From a virus, in IMG/VR virus record IMGVR_UViG_3300027996_000014, positions 24,209 through 88,208 of that record: DNA of 64,000 nt; one strand, written 5' to 3'. How positions within the stretch are numbered: the first letter of the stretch is position 1; each line of letters opens with the position of its first letter. Below, piece by piece: positions 8,164 to 16,203 of the stretch. The notes beneath the pieces are model-generated. The model saw only the letters and a program-made list of their open reading frames with translations, made no database searches and was not told where the DNA came from. The position numbers were made by a program, and so were the translations under genes.

Positions 8164-8488
8164 GAGAAAAGAAATAACAACTATGTTGATTGATATTTTT
8201 GATAGAATCAATATAGATACTCCAAATAACTTTGATAACATTTTAGAATTTGTTGTTGAAGATGTAGAAGAAACCGCTGATAAAGAAAATTGGCATGATG
8301 GAGATGTAGCAATAGCATTTAGAAGATGGATAGAATTAAACCAAAACAAAAAAGTAAGTATAATCCACGATTGCTATGGTACTTATTTAAACAGAAATAA
8401 CAATAATATAATTGAATTTTATTGTAAAAAATATTCAAATGATACTGAATTAGGTAAAGCAATAAGAAAATTTAAATATAAACAATAA
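8156..8488 (+). CDS. chimeric cassette gene
   Basis: Internal LNQNK junction, then mosaic sequence and a YSNDTELG tail duplicated from 5269..5949. Confidence 0.6.
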   Translation: MSKRKEITTMLIDIFDRINIDTPNNFDNILEFVVEDVEETADKENWHDGDVAIAFRRWIELNQNKKVSIIHDCYGTYLNRNNNNIIEFYCKKYSNDTELGKAIRKFKYKQ

Positions 8489-8492
8489 AAAT

Positions 8493-10352
8493 ATGGATAG
8501 AGTAGTATATGATTTGGAACAATTTCCAAATTTTCATTCAGGTGTTTTTTATGACATAGACCTAAAAACTAAAAAAGTATTTGCACTTCATCAAGAAAGA
8601 GATGAACGAATAGAATATTTTAATTATTTAATAGAGGCAAGTAAAACCATTGGAATGATAGGATTTAATAATCTTGATTATGACTATCCAATGCTTCATT
8701 ATATCCTCACTAACACAAAGAAATTATTATCTATTCCAATTGAAGAATGTCTTACTTTAATGTATGCAAAAAGTCAATGTATAATAGATTCAGAATATCC
8801 TGCAATATCACATTGGAATGTACGTATTAAACAATTAGATTTATTTAGAATACATCATTTTAATAATGTTGCAAGATATACATCATTAAAACATCTTCAA
8901 ATGGCTATGCATTGGCATAATTTACAAGAAATGCCTTTTCATTATACTCATATGGTAACTAAAAAAGAAATTTCTGAAGTATTAGAATATAATGATAATG
9001 ATGTAATGAGTACTTATCAGTTTTATCTTGAATCTTCTAAAGAAATACAATTTAGGAAAAGAATTAGTAAACAATACAATATTAATTGTATGAATTATCC
9101 TGATGTAAAAATTGGAGAAGAGATATTAATTATTGAAAATGCTAAAGCATTAAATATTCCAATAAAAGAATTTAGAAAATTACGTACAGAAAGAGATTTT
9201 ATTAAATTAAAAGAATGCGTATTACCATCTATAAAATTTAAATCTAAAGAATTTAATAAAGCGTTAGATTATTTTAAATCTAAGACTGTTCATGCGATGA
9301 ATACTAAAGGTGTATTAGATCATACTATTATTTATGGTGGTGTAAAATATGACTTTGGAGGAGGAGGTATTCACGGAACATGTGGTTCTGGAGTATTTAG
9401 AACTGATGATGAAGGAGAATTAATCCTTGTTGATGTAAGTTCATACTATCCTAATTTAGCAATTAAAAATAAATTTTACCCTAAGCATCTTTCAGTGAAG
9501 TTTTGTGAAGTTGGTGATAATCTTTATCAACAAAGAATGAAAGCTAAAGAAGAAGGTGATAAACAAATGGTAGATGCTATTAAATTAGCATTAAATGGTG
9601 CATTATTTGGAAAAAGTAATGATGAATATAGCCCTATGTATGATACTAAATTTATGTTTGATATTACTATTAATGGACAATTGTTATTATGCATGTTAGC
9701 AGAAAGAATTACAGATGCTGGCATTAAAATAATACAAATTAATACTGATGGTATATTAGTAAAAGTTAGTAAAACTATGCAAACAAAACTAAAAGAAATG
9801 TGTAAAAAATGGGAAAACTTAACAAAATTGAAATTAGATTATGATTTATTTAAAGTAATCATTCAACGTGATGTTAATAATTATTCAGGCACATTTACTG
9901 ATAATACAACTAAAGAAAAAGGAGCATTTGCTATTGATAAACCTTGGAATAAAAATCATTCAATGAAGGTAGTATCTATAGCTGTTGCAAAATATTTTGT
10001 AAATGGAATACCTGTAGAAGATACTATTAAAAATCATAATGAAATATTTGATTTTTGTATTAGTCAAAAAGTAGGTAAACAATATACAGTAGAACATCAT
10101 TATCTTAAAGATAACAATTTAATAAAAGAAAAAGTTCAACAATTGAATAGATTTTTTATCACCAATACTGGTGGAGCACTTGTTAAAGTTAAAGAAGATA
10201 GTTCAGTAAGTAGATTAACAGCAGGTCACAGTATTGGTCTGTTTAACAAATTTTATAAATCTGACAATTACGATTTAAAGTATAATTATTATATAGCTGA
10301 AGCTAATAAATTAATTAATGCTGTCGATAATGGTCAAATATCAATGTTTTAA
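8493..10352 (+). CDS. polB: family B DNA polymerase (crAss-like type)
   Basis: Exo motifs YDLE, GFNNLDYD, YNDND; polymerase motifs DVSSYYPN, KLALNGALFGK, QINTDG. Confidence 0.93.
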   Translation: MDRVVYDLEQFPNFHSGVFYDIDLKTKKVFALHQERDERIEYFNYLIEASKTIGMIGFNNLDYDYPMLHYILTNTKKLLSIPIEECLTLMYAKSQCIIDSEYPAISHWNVRIKQLDLFRIHHFNNVARYTSLKHLQMAMHWHNLQEMPFHYTHMVTKKEISEVLEYNDNDVMSTYQFYLESSKEIQFRKRISKQYNINCMNYPDVKIGEEILIIENAKALNIPIKEFRKLRTERDFIKLKECVLPSIKFKSKEFNKALDYFKSKTVHAMNTKGVLDHTIIYGGVKYDFGGGGIHGTCGSGVFRTDDEGELILVDVSSYYPNLAIKNKFYPKHLSVKFCEVGDNLYQQRMKAKEEGDKQMVDAIKLALNGALFGKSNDEYSPMYDTKFMFDITINGQLLLCMLAERITDAGIKIIQINTDGILVKVSKTMQTKLKEMCKKWENLTKLKLDYDLFKVIIQRDVNNYSGTFTDNTTKEKGAFAIDKPWNKNHSMKVVSIAVAKYFVNGIPVEDTIKNHNEIFDFCISQKVGKQYTVEHHYLKDNNLIKEKVQQLNRFFITNTGGALVKVKEDSSVSRLTAGHSIGLFNKFYKSDNYDLKYNYYIAEANKLINAVDNGQISMF

Positions 10353-10362
10353 TAATAATAAT

Positions 10363-10629
10363 ATGAAGTTTAAACCATTAGCAACAAGAGTAATAGTATT
10401 AGTTAATCCTGATGAGGTAGAACTAGTAAAAGGAGTTATGTCATTTATACCTGAAAAAGTATTAAGAGGTGTAGTACAAGCAGTTGGACCAGGTACTAAA
10501 AAAGAACCAATGGAAATTAAAATTGGAGATGAAATATCTTATGGTAAAAATTCAGGAACAGAAGTTGAAATTGAAGGTGGAAAATACCTAATAATGAGAC
10601 AATCTGCAATTGATGGAATTATTCGATGA
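10363..10629 (+). CDS. groES: co-chaperonin GroES-like
   Basis: MKFKPLATRVIV...GVVQAVGPG...IKIGDEISYGKNSGTEVEIEGGKYLIMRQSAI; start moved to 10363. Confidence 0.92.
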   Translation: MKFKPLATRVIVLVNPDEVELVKGVMSFIPEKVLRGVVQAVGPGTKKEPMEIKIGDEISYGKNSGTEVEIEGGKYLIMRQSAIDGIIR

Positions 10630-10931
10630 AAGATTTATCCAAGTATCATTATAGCGATTTTAGTAATGTAGTTACTATTTATGATAATAAAAAAAGAGCA
10701 ATTATTAATGCTTTATGTATAACTATTACTTTAAAACATGCATCACTTGAATTAGGAATATCAGAAAGATGTTTACGTGATTTTATGAGTGAATGTAATA
10801 TTACAACTGAAGATGTACATGTAATGCGTAAGAGATTCGTATTATCTAAAATAAAAATAAAATTACAATATAAATTTATATTAAATGGCAAAAAAACAAA
10901 TTACTGTAAAAATTCTAAAATCAAAAACTGA
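10626..10931 (+). CDS. putative HTH (Fis-like) DNA-binding protein
   Basis: IINAL...LKHASLELGISERCL HTH pattern. Confidence 0.55.
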   Translation: MKDLSKYHYSDFSNVVTIYDNKKRAIINALCITITLKHASLELGISERCLRDFMSECNITTEDVHVMRKRFVLSKIKIKLQYKFILNGKKTNYCKNSKIKN

Positions 10932-11067
10932 TGTAATGTGGTATAGAGATAGAATAGGTAATACTTTTAAAGTTATGAAAATTGAAGGTAAAGATTATTA
11001 TGAAATATCTACAGGAAAAAGTAGTAGTAAAATAATTTTTAAAGAAGATTGTAAAGAACTAAAATAA
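10885..11067 (+). CDS. small hypothetical protein
   Basis: ORF track; WYRDRIG motif. Confidence 0.6.
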   Translation: MAKKQITVKILKSKTDVMWYRDRIGNTFKVMKIEGKDYYEISTGKSSSKIIFKEDCKELK

Positions 11068-11081
11068 ATAAATAAATAAAT

Positions 11082-12155
11082 ATGAGTTATTCAGAGAGAA
11101 TTTATAAAAAAGATTCTAAAAATAGAGTACGTTTATTACACGTATATGTTGAAGGGGCTGATCTAATTTCATTATCAGGTTTAATTGATGGAAAATTAAA
11201 AGAAGATAGAAGTACATGTATTTCTAAAAATATTGGAAAATCTAATGAAACTAGTCCTAATACACAAGCTGAATTTGAAGCAAGAGCAAAAATTCAATCT
11301 AAAATGTCTGAAGGATATTTTAAAACAATTAAAGAAGCTGAGAATAATGAGGTGATTCTACCTATGTTGGCAAAAGACTATAATAAAGAAAAAAAGAAAG
11401 TAATCTTTCCTTGTTTTATACAACCTAAATTAGATGGACAACGTGCATTAGGAAACAAAATGGTACCAATGATTTCTCGTAAAGGAAAAATAATTGATAC
11501 TATGAGTCATATTCAAAAAGAATTAGATATTCTTGATAAAGAAAATGAAGTTTATCTTGATGGAGAATTATATGCTCATGGAAAAACATTTCAAGAAAAT
11601 ATGAGACTTATTAAAAAATATCGTCCAAGAGAATCTGAAACAGTTAAATATCATGTATATGATTTAATTATGGATGCTCCATTTGAAATAAGATATGCAG
11701 AATTAAAAGCATTAGTAGTAAGTATGACTGAAATTAAAATAGTTCCTACTTATAAAATAGAAAATGAAGAACAATTAAAAAAATTTCATCTACAGTTTAT
11801 AGCTAGTGGTTATGAAGGAACAATTATAAGACACAGTAACGCAGGATACAGTATTAATAAAAGAGATAGTCAATTATTAAAGTATAAAGATTTTATTGAT
11901 GAAGCGTATGAAGTTATAGATATCTTGCCTAGTGATAAGAATCCAGATCAAGGTGTTGTACGCTGTACTATTGGTGGTGGATATGCAAATGTGACTTTTG
12001 GTTGTGGAATGAAGTTTTCTCATAAAGAACGTGAAGAAATGTTAATTAATAAATCTGATTACATAGGTAAAATAGCAGAAATACGTTTCTTTGAATATAC
12101 TGATGATGGTATACCAAGATTTCCTGTATGTCACGGATTTAGAAACGATAAATAA
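11082..12155 (+). CDS. ATP-dependent DNA ligase
   Basis: PMLAK, QPKLDG adenylation motif, LDGELY, YEGTIIR, LLKYK, PRFP. Confidence 0.93.
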   Translation: MSYSERIYKKDSKNRVRLLHVYVEGADLISLSGLIDGKLKEDRSTCISKNIGKSNETSPNTQAEFEARAKIQSKMSEGYFKTIKEAENNEVILPMLAKDYNKEKKKVIFPCFIQPKLDGQRALGNKMVPMISRKGKIIDTMSHIQKELDILDKENEVYLDGELYAHGKTFQENMRLIKKYRPRESETVKYHVYDLIMDAPFEIRYAELKALVVSMTEIKIVPTYKIENEEQLKKFHLQFIASGYEGTIIRHSNAGYSINKRDSQLLKYKDFIDEAYEVIDILPSDKNPDQGVVRCTIGGGYANVTFGCGMKFSHKEREEMLINKSDYIGKIAEIRFFEYTDDGIPRFPVCHGFRNDK

Positions 12156-12219
12156 TTAAAAATTAGAAATAATGGCCAAACCTACAGCCAGAAAAGTAGG
12201 TAACAATTAAACTATTATT

Positions 12220-12342
12220 ATGTCAGAAAAAGACAACAAAAACAACAAAGAAGAAGAGCCTATGGGTACAGTACAAATGTTATTAGGTATTGCATCATTT
12301 GTAGCAGCAATCTATGTATTGTATGTAGTATTTGCAGGGTAG
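12220..12342 (+). CDS. small membrane peptide (40 aa)
   Basis: Manually translated MSEKDNK...LLGIASFVAAIYVLYVVFAG. Confidence 0.6.
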   Translation: MSEKDNKNNKEEEPMGTVQMLLGIASFVAAIYVLYVVFAG

Positions 12343-12350
12343 TATTATTA

Positions 12351-12559
12351 AATTCTTAATACAAAGTAACGCCAGTGATTATGGTTCTGGATCCAGGTCT
12401 GCAATGCGAACAGTAAAGAGTAAACCCTGGGAGGAGTAGCTATGAAGACATTAAATAAAGTGAGAGCTTTTGCTGAAAAGTGGTCAATATGAACATGAAA
12501 CGGAGCAATCCCTGACATGAGAAGGCGGTCCATAAAGTTAGGTTACTATATTAAGAATT
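12351..12559 (+). ncRNA. candidate structured RNA, module 1 (~209 nt)
   Basis: Closing stem AATTCTTAAT/ATTAAGAATT plus AGTAAC/GTTACT; internal TTATGG/CCATAA, CCAGG/CCTGG, CTTTT/AAAAG, GGA-GCAA-TCC (GNRA loop). Confidence 0.55.
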
Positions 12560-12564
12560 AAATT

Positions 12565-12763
12565 TTGAAGTCTTAGTATGTGGTAGGGCAATGTTACTTG
12601 TTAGCAACCCACCAGTCACAATCATACGGGAAAACGTACTTAGATTTTGCTGTTAATAGGCAAGACATGGGGCTTGGTACGAAGTCTTAAACTAATCAAG
12701 GAAGCAAGGAGTACCTTGGAATAGGGAAACGGAGGTAGATGCTCTGGTTTAGGATTACTTCAA
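12565..12763 (+). ncRNA. candidate structured RNA, module 2 (~199 nt) with possible pseudoknot
   Basis: Closing stem TTGAAGT/ACTTCAA; AAGAC/GTCTT hairpin whose loop CTTGGT can pair with downstream ATCAAG; CAAGG-AGTA-CCTTG. Confidence 0.5.
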
Positions 12764-12795
12764 TTTTTTATTAACAATCTAAAACTAAACAAAAG

Positions 12796-13041
12796 ATGAG
12801 TAAATATCAAACTGAAAAACGTAAAAATAAAGAACTTCGTATAATAATATTATCTAAAGAAGAAGCAATGAAATTACAAATTAAAGAGTATACTATTATT
12901 AAAAGAAAGTTAGATATGATAATTCATTGGTTAGGGAATCATACAGGTATTGCACCTGCTTCTTTAGAAAGTCACATGAAAAATATAGATAGAGTATTAA
13001 TTAAAACATTTAAAAATGAGAAGTCTAATATTATTAATTAG
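12796..13041 (+). CDS. hypothetical protein
   Basis: ORF track. Confidence 0.6.
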   Translation: MSKYQTEKRKNKELRIIILSKEEAMKLQIKEYTIIKRKLDMIIHWLGNHTGIAPASLESHMKNIDRVLIKTFKNEKSNIIN

Positions 13042-13453
13042 AGGTTTAGCAGTTCGTACATCATTTAATGATTGGGACTGGGCCACATTACAACTTATTC
13101 AAATTAATAAAACAAGTGAACCATTTAATAAATGGGTGCTTATGGAAATTACATTTGAAGGAGAAATAAATAAAGGAATTCCTGCTGATATAGAAGTTAC
13201 TCATGAAGGAGAAGAATTAATATTAACGTGTTATGAAAAAGAAGTATTTGGTGAAATTAAACTAAAAGCTACTTATGATGAAGAAATGTTTCATGAAGCT
13301 CATTCACCTAAATATATTCCTACATATGAAATTTTAGAAATAACTATATGTGGTGAAAATGTAAAAAAACTTAATTTATCAAAAGAATTAAAAACTAATA
13401 TTCAATCAGTAGCAGAATCTTATAGAGATAAAATGATTGAAGAACTTATATAA
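13016..13453 (+). CDS. hypothetical protein
   Basis: ORF track; true start may be downstream (MEITFEGE). Confidence 0.6.
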   Translation: MRSLILLIRGLAVRTSFNDWDWATLQLIQINKTSEPFNKWVLMEITFEGEINKGIPADIEVTHEGEELILTCYEKEVFGEIKLKATYDEEMFHEAHSPKYIPTYEILEITICGENVKKLNLSKELKTNIQSVAESYRDKMIEELI

Positions 13454-13456
13454 ATT

Positions 13457-13822
13457 ATGAAATGGACTAATAAAGATATGCTTGAATTTGCTAGAGTAGC
13501 AAGTGAAGGTGCTTATGGAAATTACAGAGGTTGTAAAACTCTTATAAGTAAATTAAATAAATATAAAGAATTAAATGAAATGAGTAGATATGTAAAAGAA
13601 TTGGAAGATGGTAATTATATAAGTTATGGTTTTGACAATGCATTGGGTTATTTTTTTGATTTATGTACAGCTTCTGATGAAGATGGTGATAGTGAACTTT
13701 TAATAGAAGAATCTAGCATATTATCTGGAATGAATAATGGCAAAATGATAGGATTAATGAGTATCTTTAAGCTACCTGAATCACACATTGAAATGGTAGC
13801 TATGGATGTTCCAATAGTATAA
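13457..13822 (+). CDS. hypothetical protein (possibly a fusion of two small genes)
   Basis: Internal ATG after LNE gives a plausible separate MSRYVKEL... unit. Confidence 0.6.
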   Translation: MKWTNKDMLEFARVASEGAYGNYRGCKTLISKLNKYKELNEMSRYVKELEDGNYISYGFDNALGYFFDLCTASDEDGDSELLIEESSILSGMNNGKMIGLMSIFKLPESHIEMVAMDVPIV

Positions 13823-13833
13823 AATAAATTAAT

Positions 13834-14022
13834 ATGGTAGATGACTGGGAAGATCAAAAGTTTAAAGGAACTATTTATGGTTCAAGTAAACCTATTGATA
13901 AAAATGATAAACTAGCTATTAAAAAACGTAAATTATATATAAAATTTAATTTATGTACTAGTAATGAAGAAAGGAAAAGATTAATTGAAAAAGAAATTAA
14001 ACTTAATAAGAGGAGTAAGTAG
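13834..14022 (+). CDS. hypothetical protein
   Basis: ORF track; followed by a terminator. Confidence 0.55.
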   Translation: MVDDWEDQKFKGTIYGSSKPIDKNDKLAIKKRKLYIKFNLCTSNEERKRLIEKEIKLNKRSK

Positions 14023-14033
14023 CTCCTCTTTTT
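14008..14033 (+). terminator. intrinsic terminator
   Basis: AAGAGGAGT-AAGTA-GCTCCTCTT followed by TTT. Confidence 0.75.
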
Positions 14034-14059
14034 CACATATAAAATTAACACATTTAATT

Positions 14060-14491
14060 ATGTATACTACAGAACAAAGATTAGTTATTTATATAAAAAG
14101 AATGAGGTTAGATAAACCTAATAGAAGACCATTTGTTTCAGATCAACGTTTTTATGCAATAGGTTTATTATATTATAAATTTGGATGGACAGAATCAAAA
14201 ATAGCAAGATTACTTGATAAAAATCGTACTTCAATATGGTATGCTAAAGTAAAACCTTATGAATTTTTAAGTATGAATGATGAAAAATTTAAATTTCATT
14301 GTAAAAAAATAATGAATATTTTTCCATACACTTTTCCAAAACCATTACATTATAATCAACCTAATCATCGAAGAGTTTATCATAATTTAAATAAAGAAAG
14401 AGAAAATAAATTATTAGAATTTAAATCGTTGTATCCTAGATTACAAGATTTAAATGAAACAATGAATCTTTTAATAGATACATTTTTATAA
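14060..14491 (+). CDS. HTH protein (DnaA C-terminal-like)
   Basis: WTESKIARLLDKNRTSIWYA resembles a DnaA-domain-IV/TrpR HTH; start moved to ATG 14060, after the terminator. Confidence 0.55.
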   Translation: MYTTEQRLVIYIKRMRLDKPNRRPFVSDQRFYAIGLLYYKFGWTESKIARLLDKNRTSIWYAKVKPYEFLSMNDEKFKFHCKKIMNIFPYTFPKPLHYNQPNHRRVYHNLNKERENKLLEFKSLYPRLQDLNETMNLLIDTFL

Positions 14492-14499
14492 CATTAACT

Positions 14500-15609
14500 A
14501 TGGATAAGAGAAAGAAAATACAAACACTTGGAACAAAAAGTATTATTGATAATAAATTTAAAGGTATATTATTTGTTGCACCAAGAGTTGGAAAGTGTAA
14601 AATTGTAATTGATGCTCTTAATACTAAATCAATGGTTTCAAGAGATATTTCAATATTAGTGCTAGCACCAAAAAAAGAAATATTTAAAGGTTGGAAAACT
14701 GATATTAAGAAATGGAATTTACATGATGGATTTGAAATTGAATACGTTTGGAGCAATAGTTTAAAAAAGATTGATAAAAAATATGATCTAATAATAGCTG
14801 ATGAAATTCACGAATATAATTTAAAAGTACTTGAATTACTTGCTTTACATAAAGCAAAAGGTTCACGTATACTTGGACTTACTGGTACGTTAGATAGTGA
14901 TTCAAAATTCCTAATACAACATGTTGTAGGTATTTCACCAATTTATACGTATACAGTTGATGAAGCAATTACAGATAAAATTGTTGCTGATTACCGTATT
15001 TATTGTGTCGAATGTGATCTTGACGATAAAGATAAATATGTTGAAGCTGGAAGTGAAGAAAAACCTTTTATGCAAACAGAAGCTGAAGCTTATAAATATT
15101 GGAATAATAAATATAACACTGCTGTATCTAATATGAGGTATTCTCAAATGAGATTTCCTATGATGCGTAGAAAAAATATTATTTATAATTCAAAAACTAA
15201 AATTAATCTTACTAAAAAAATAGTAGCTAATATTGATAGATGTTTAATATTTACAGGTTTTCAAAAAATAGCTGATTCTATTGGCGATGCATCATTTCAT
15301 TCAAAGTCTAGTAAAGATACTCTTGAACAATTAAAATTAGGAGCTATAAACAAGTGTTCTGTGGTATCAATGGTATCAATGGGAGTAACTATACCAAATT
15401 TAAAAGTAACTGTCTTTAATCAACTAAAAAGTGGTGAAAATACAGCAGTTCAACAAGCAATGAGAGCTATGAACTTAGATGGTGATAAAATAGCTACAAT
15501 AATCATTGTGTATTTAAAAAATACTCGTGATGAAATATGGATGAAATCTGCACTTAAAGGATTTAATTCTAATAAAATTACATTTTGTAAATTTAAAGAT
15601 TTGCCTTAA
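14500..15609 (+). CDS. SF2 (DExH) helicase
   Basis: APRVGKC Walker A, IIADEIH, GLTGT, MGVTIP, QQAMRAM. Confidence 0.85.
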   Translation: MDKRKKIQTLGTKSIIDNKFKGILFVAPRVGKCKIVIDALNTKSMVSRDISILVLAPKKEIFKGWKTDIKKWNLHDGFEIEYVWSNSLKKIDKKYDLIIADEIHEYNLKVLELLALHKAKGSRILGLTGTLDSDSKFLIQHVVGISPIYTYTVDEAITDKIVADYRIYCVECDLDDKDKYVEAGSEEKPFMQTEAEAYKYWNNKYNTAVSNMRYSQMRFPMMRRKNIIYNSKTKINLTKKIVANIDRCLIFTGFQKIADSIGDASFHSKSSKDTLEQLKLGAINKCSVVSMVSMGVTIPNLKVTVFNQLKSGENTAVQQAMRAMNLDGDKIATIIIVYLKNTRDEIWMKSALKGFNSNKITFCKFKDLP

Positions 15610-15631
15610 AAATAAATAAAATTTAAATAAT

Positions 15632-16198
15632 ATGAATGCTGAAATTGATTTAAATCGATTAGTTAGATCAAAGTTAGATGCAAATCAATATATAATTTTG
15701 TATTTGATATATCATAAAAACTTTAAGCTAGCAAAAGAATTATTTGGTGCTGAAAAAGCATTAAATATTCGTAATTCTTTGATAAATACTAAATATATTT
15801 TAGATAAATCGAATACTCAATTGTTTACACAAACTACTATTAGTACAGCTAATGTGTCTAAACTATTAGGTATTCGTTCTGATAAAATAAATTTTTTAGA
15901 ATTCTATAGTAGCTATCCTATTAGAGTGCAAAATAGAATTTTAAGAGCATCTAATATAGATACTGTACAAGGAAATAAGCACGAAAAAAAGTATTTACTT
16001 AAAATAAAAACTTATGCTGACCATAAAGCAGCAGTCAAAGCAATAAAAGCATTTGTTGAAAAACAAAAAGTAGCAGGTCAATTAGAATTTTTACCTAATA
16101 TAGAAACTGTACTTAATAATGCTTTATGGGAAACATGGTCTGAATTCGTTAGTGAATTTGGACAAGAAGGTGCTAAGTGGCAAGAAGATTCAATATAA
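15632..16198 (+). CDS. putative replication initiator/helicase-associated protein
   Basis: FLEFYSSYP...ETVLNNALWE motif typical of phage replication-protein C-termini; adjacent to DnaB. Confidence 0.5.
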   Translation: MNAEIDLNRLVRSKLDANQYIILYLIYHKNFKLAKELFGAEKALNIRNSLINTKYILDKSNTQLFTQTTISTANVSKLLGIRSDKINFLEFYSSYPIRVQNRILRASNIDTVQGNKHEKKYLLKIKTYADHKAAVKAIKAFVEKQKVAGQLEFLPNIETVLNNALWETWSEFVSEFGQEGAKWQEDSI

Positions 16199-16203
16199 AA
16201 ACT

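Larger units (their letters stand above)
5941..8495 (+). repeat. mini-gene array with two families of junction repeats
   Basis: AAACAATAGAGATATG at 5941, 6107, 6303, 6443, 7125 (variant at 8480); TAAACCAAAACAAAGA(AGA)TGA at 6889, 7405, 7580, 7749, 7966, 8141 (variants at 6701, 8337). Confidence 0.9.

Noticed and set aside
5941-8495. CRISPR array suggested by regularly recurring repeats
   Set aside because: The intervening sequences are ~120-280-nt ORFs of variable length, the repeats are non-palindromic start/stop junctions, and no cas genes are present
8493-10352. Intein or intron in the DNA polymerase or helicases
   Set aside because: Motifs are contiguous at normal spacing, with no HINT or homing-endonuclease signatures
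12172-12210. 12-aa ORF MAKPTARKVGNN after the ligase
   Set aside because: Too short; it may be a gene remnant or just the CCTAC/GTAGG hairpin
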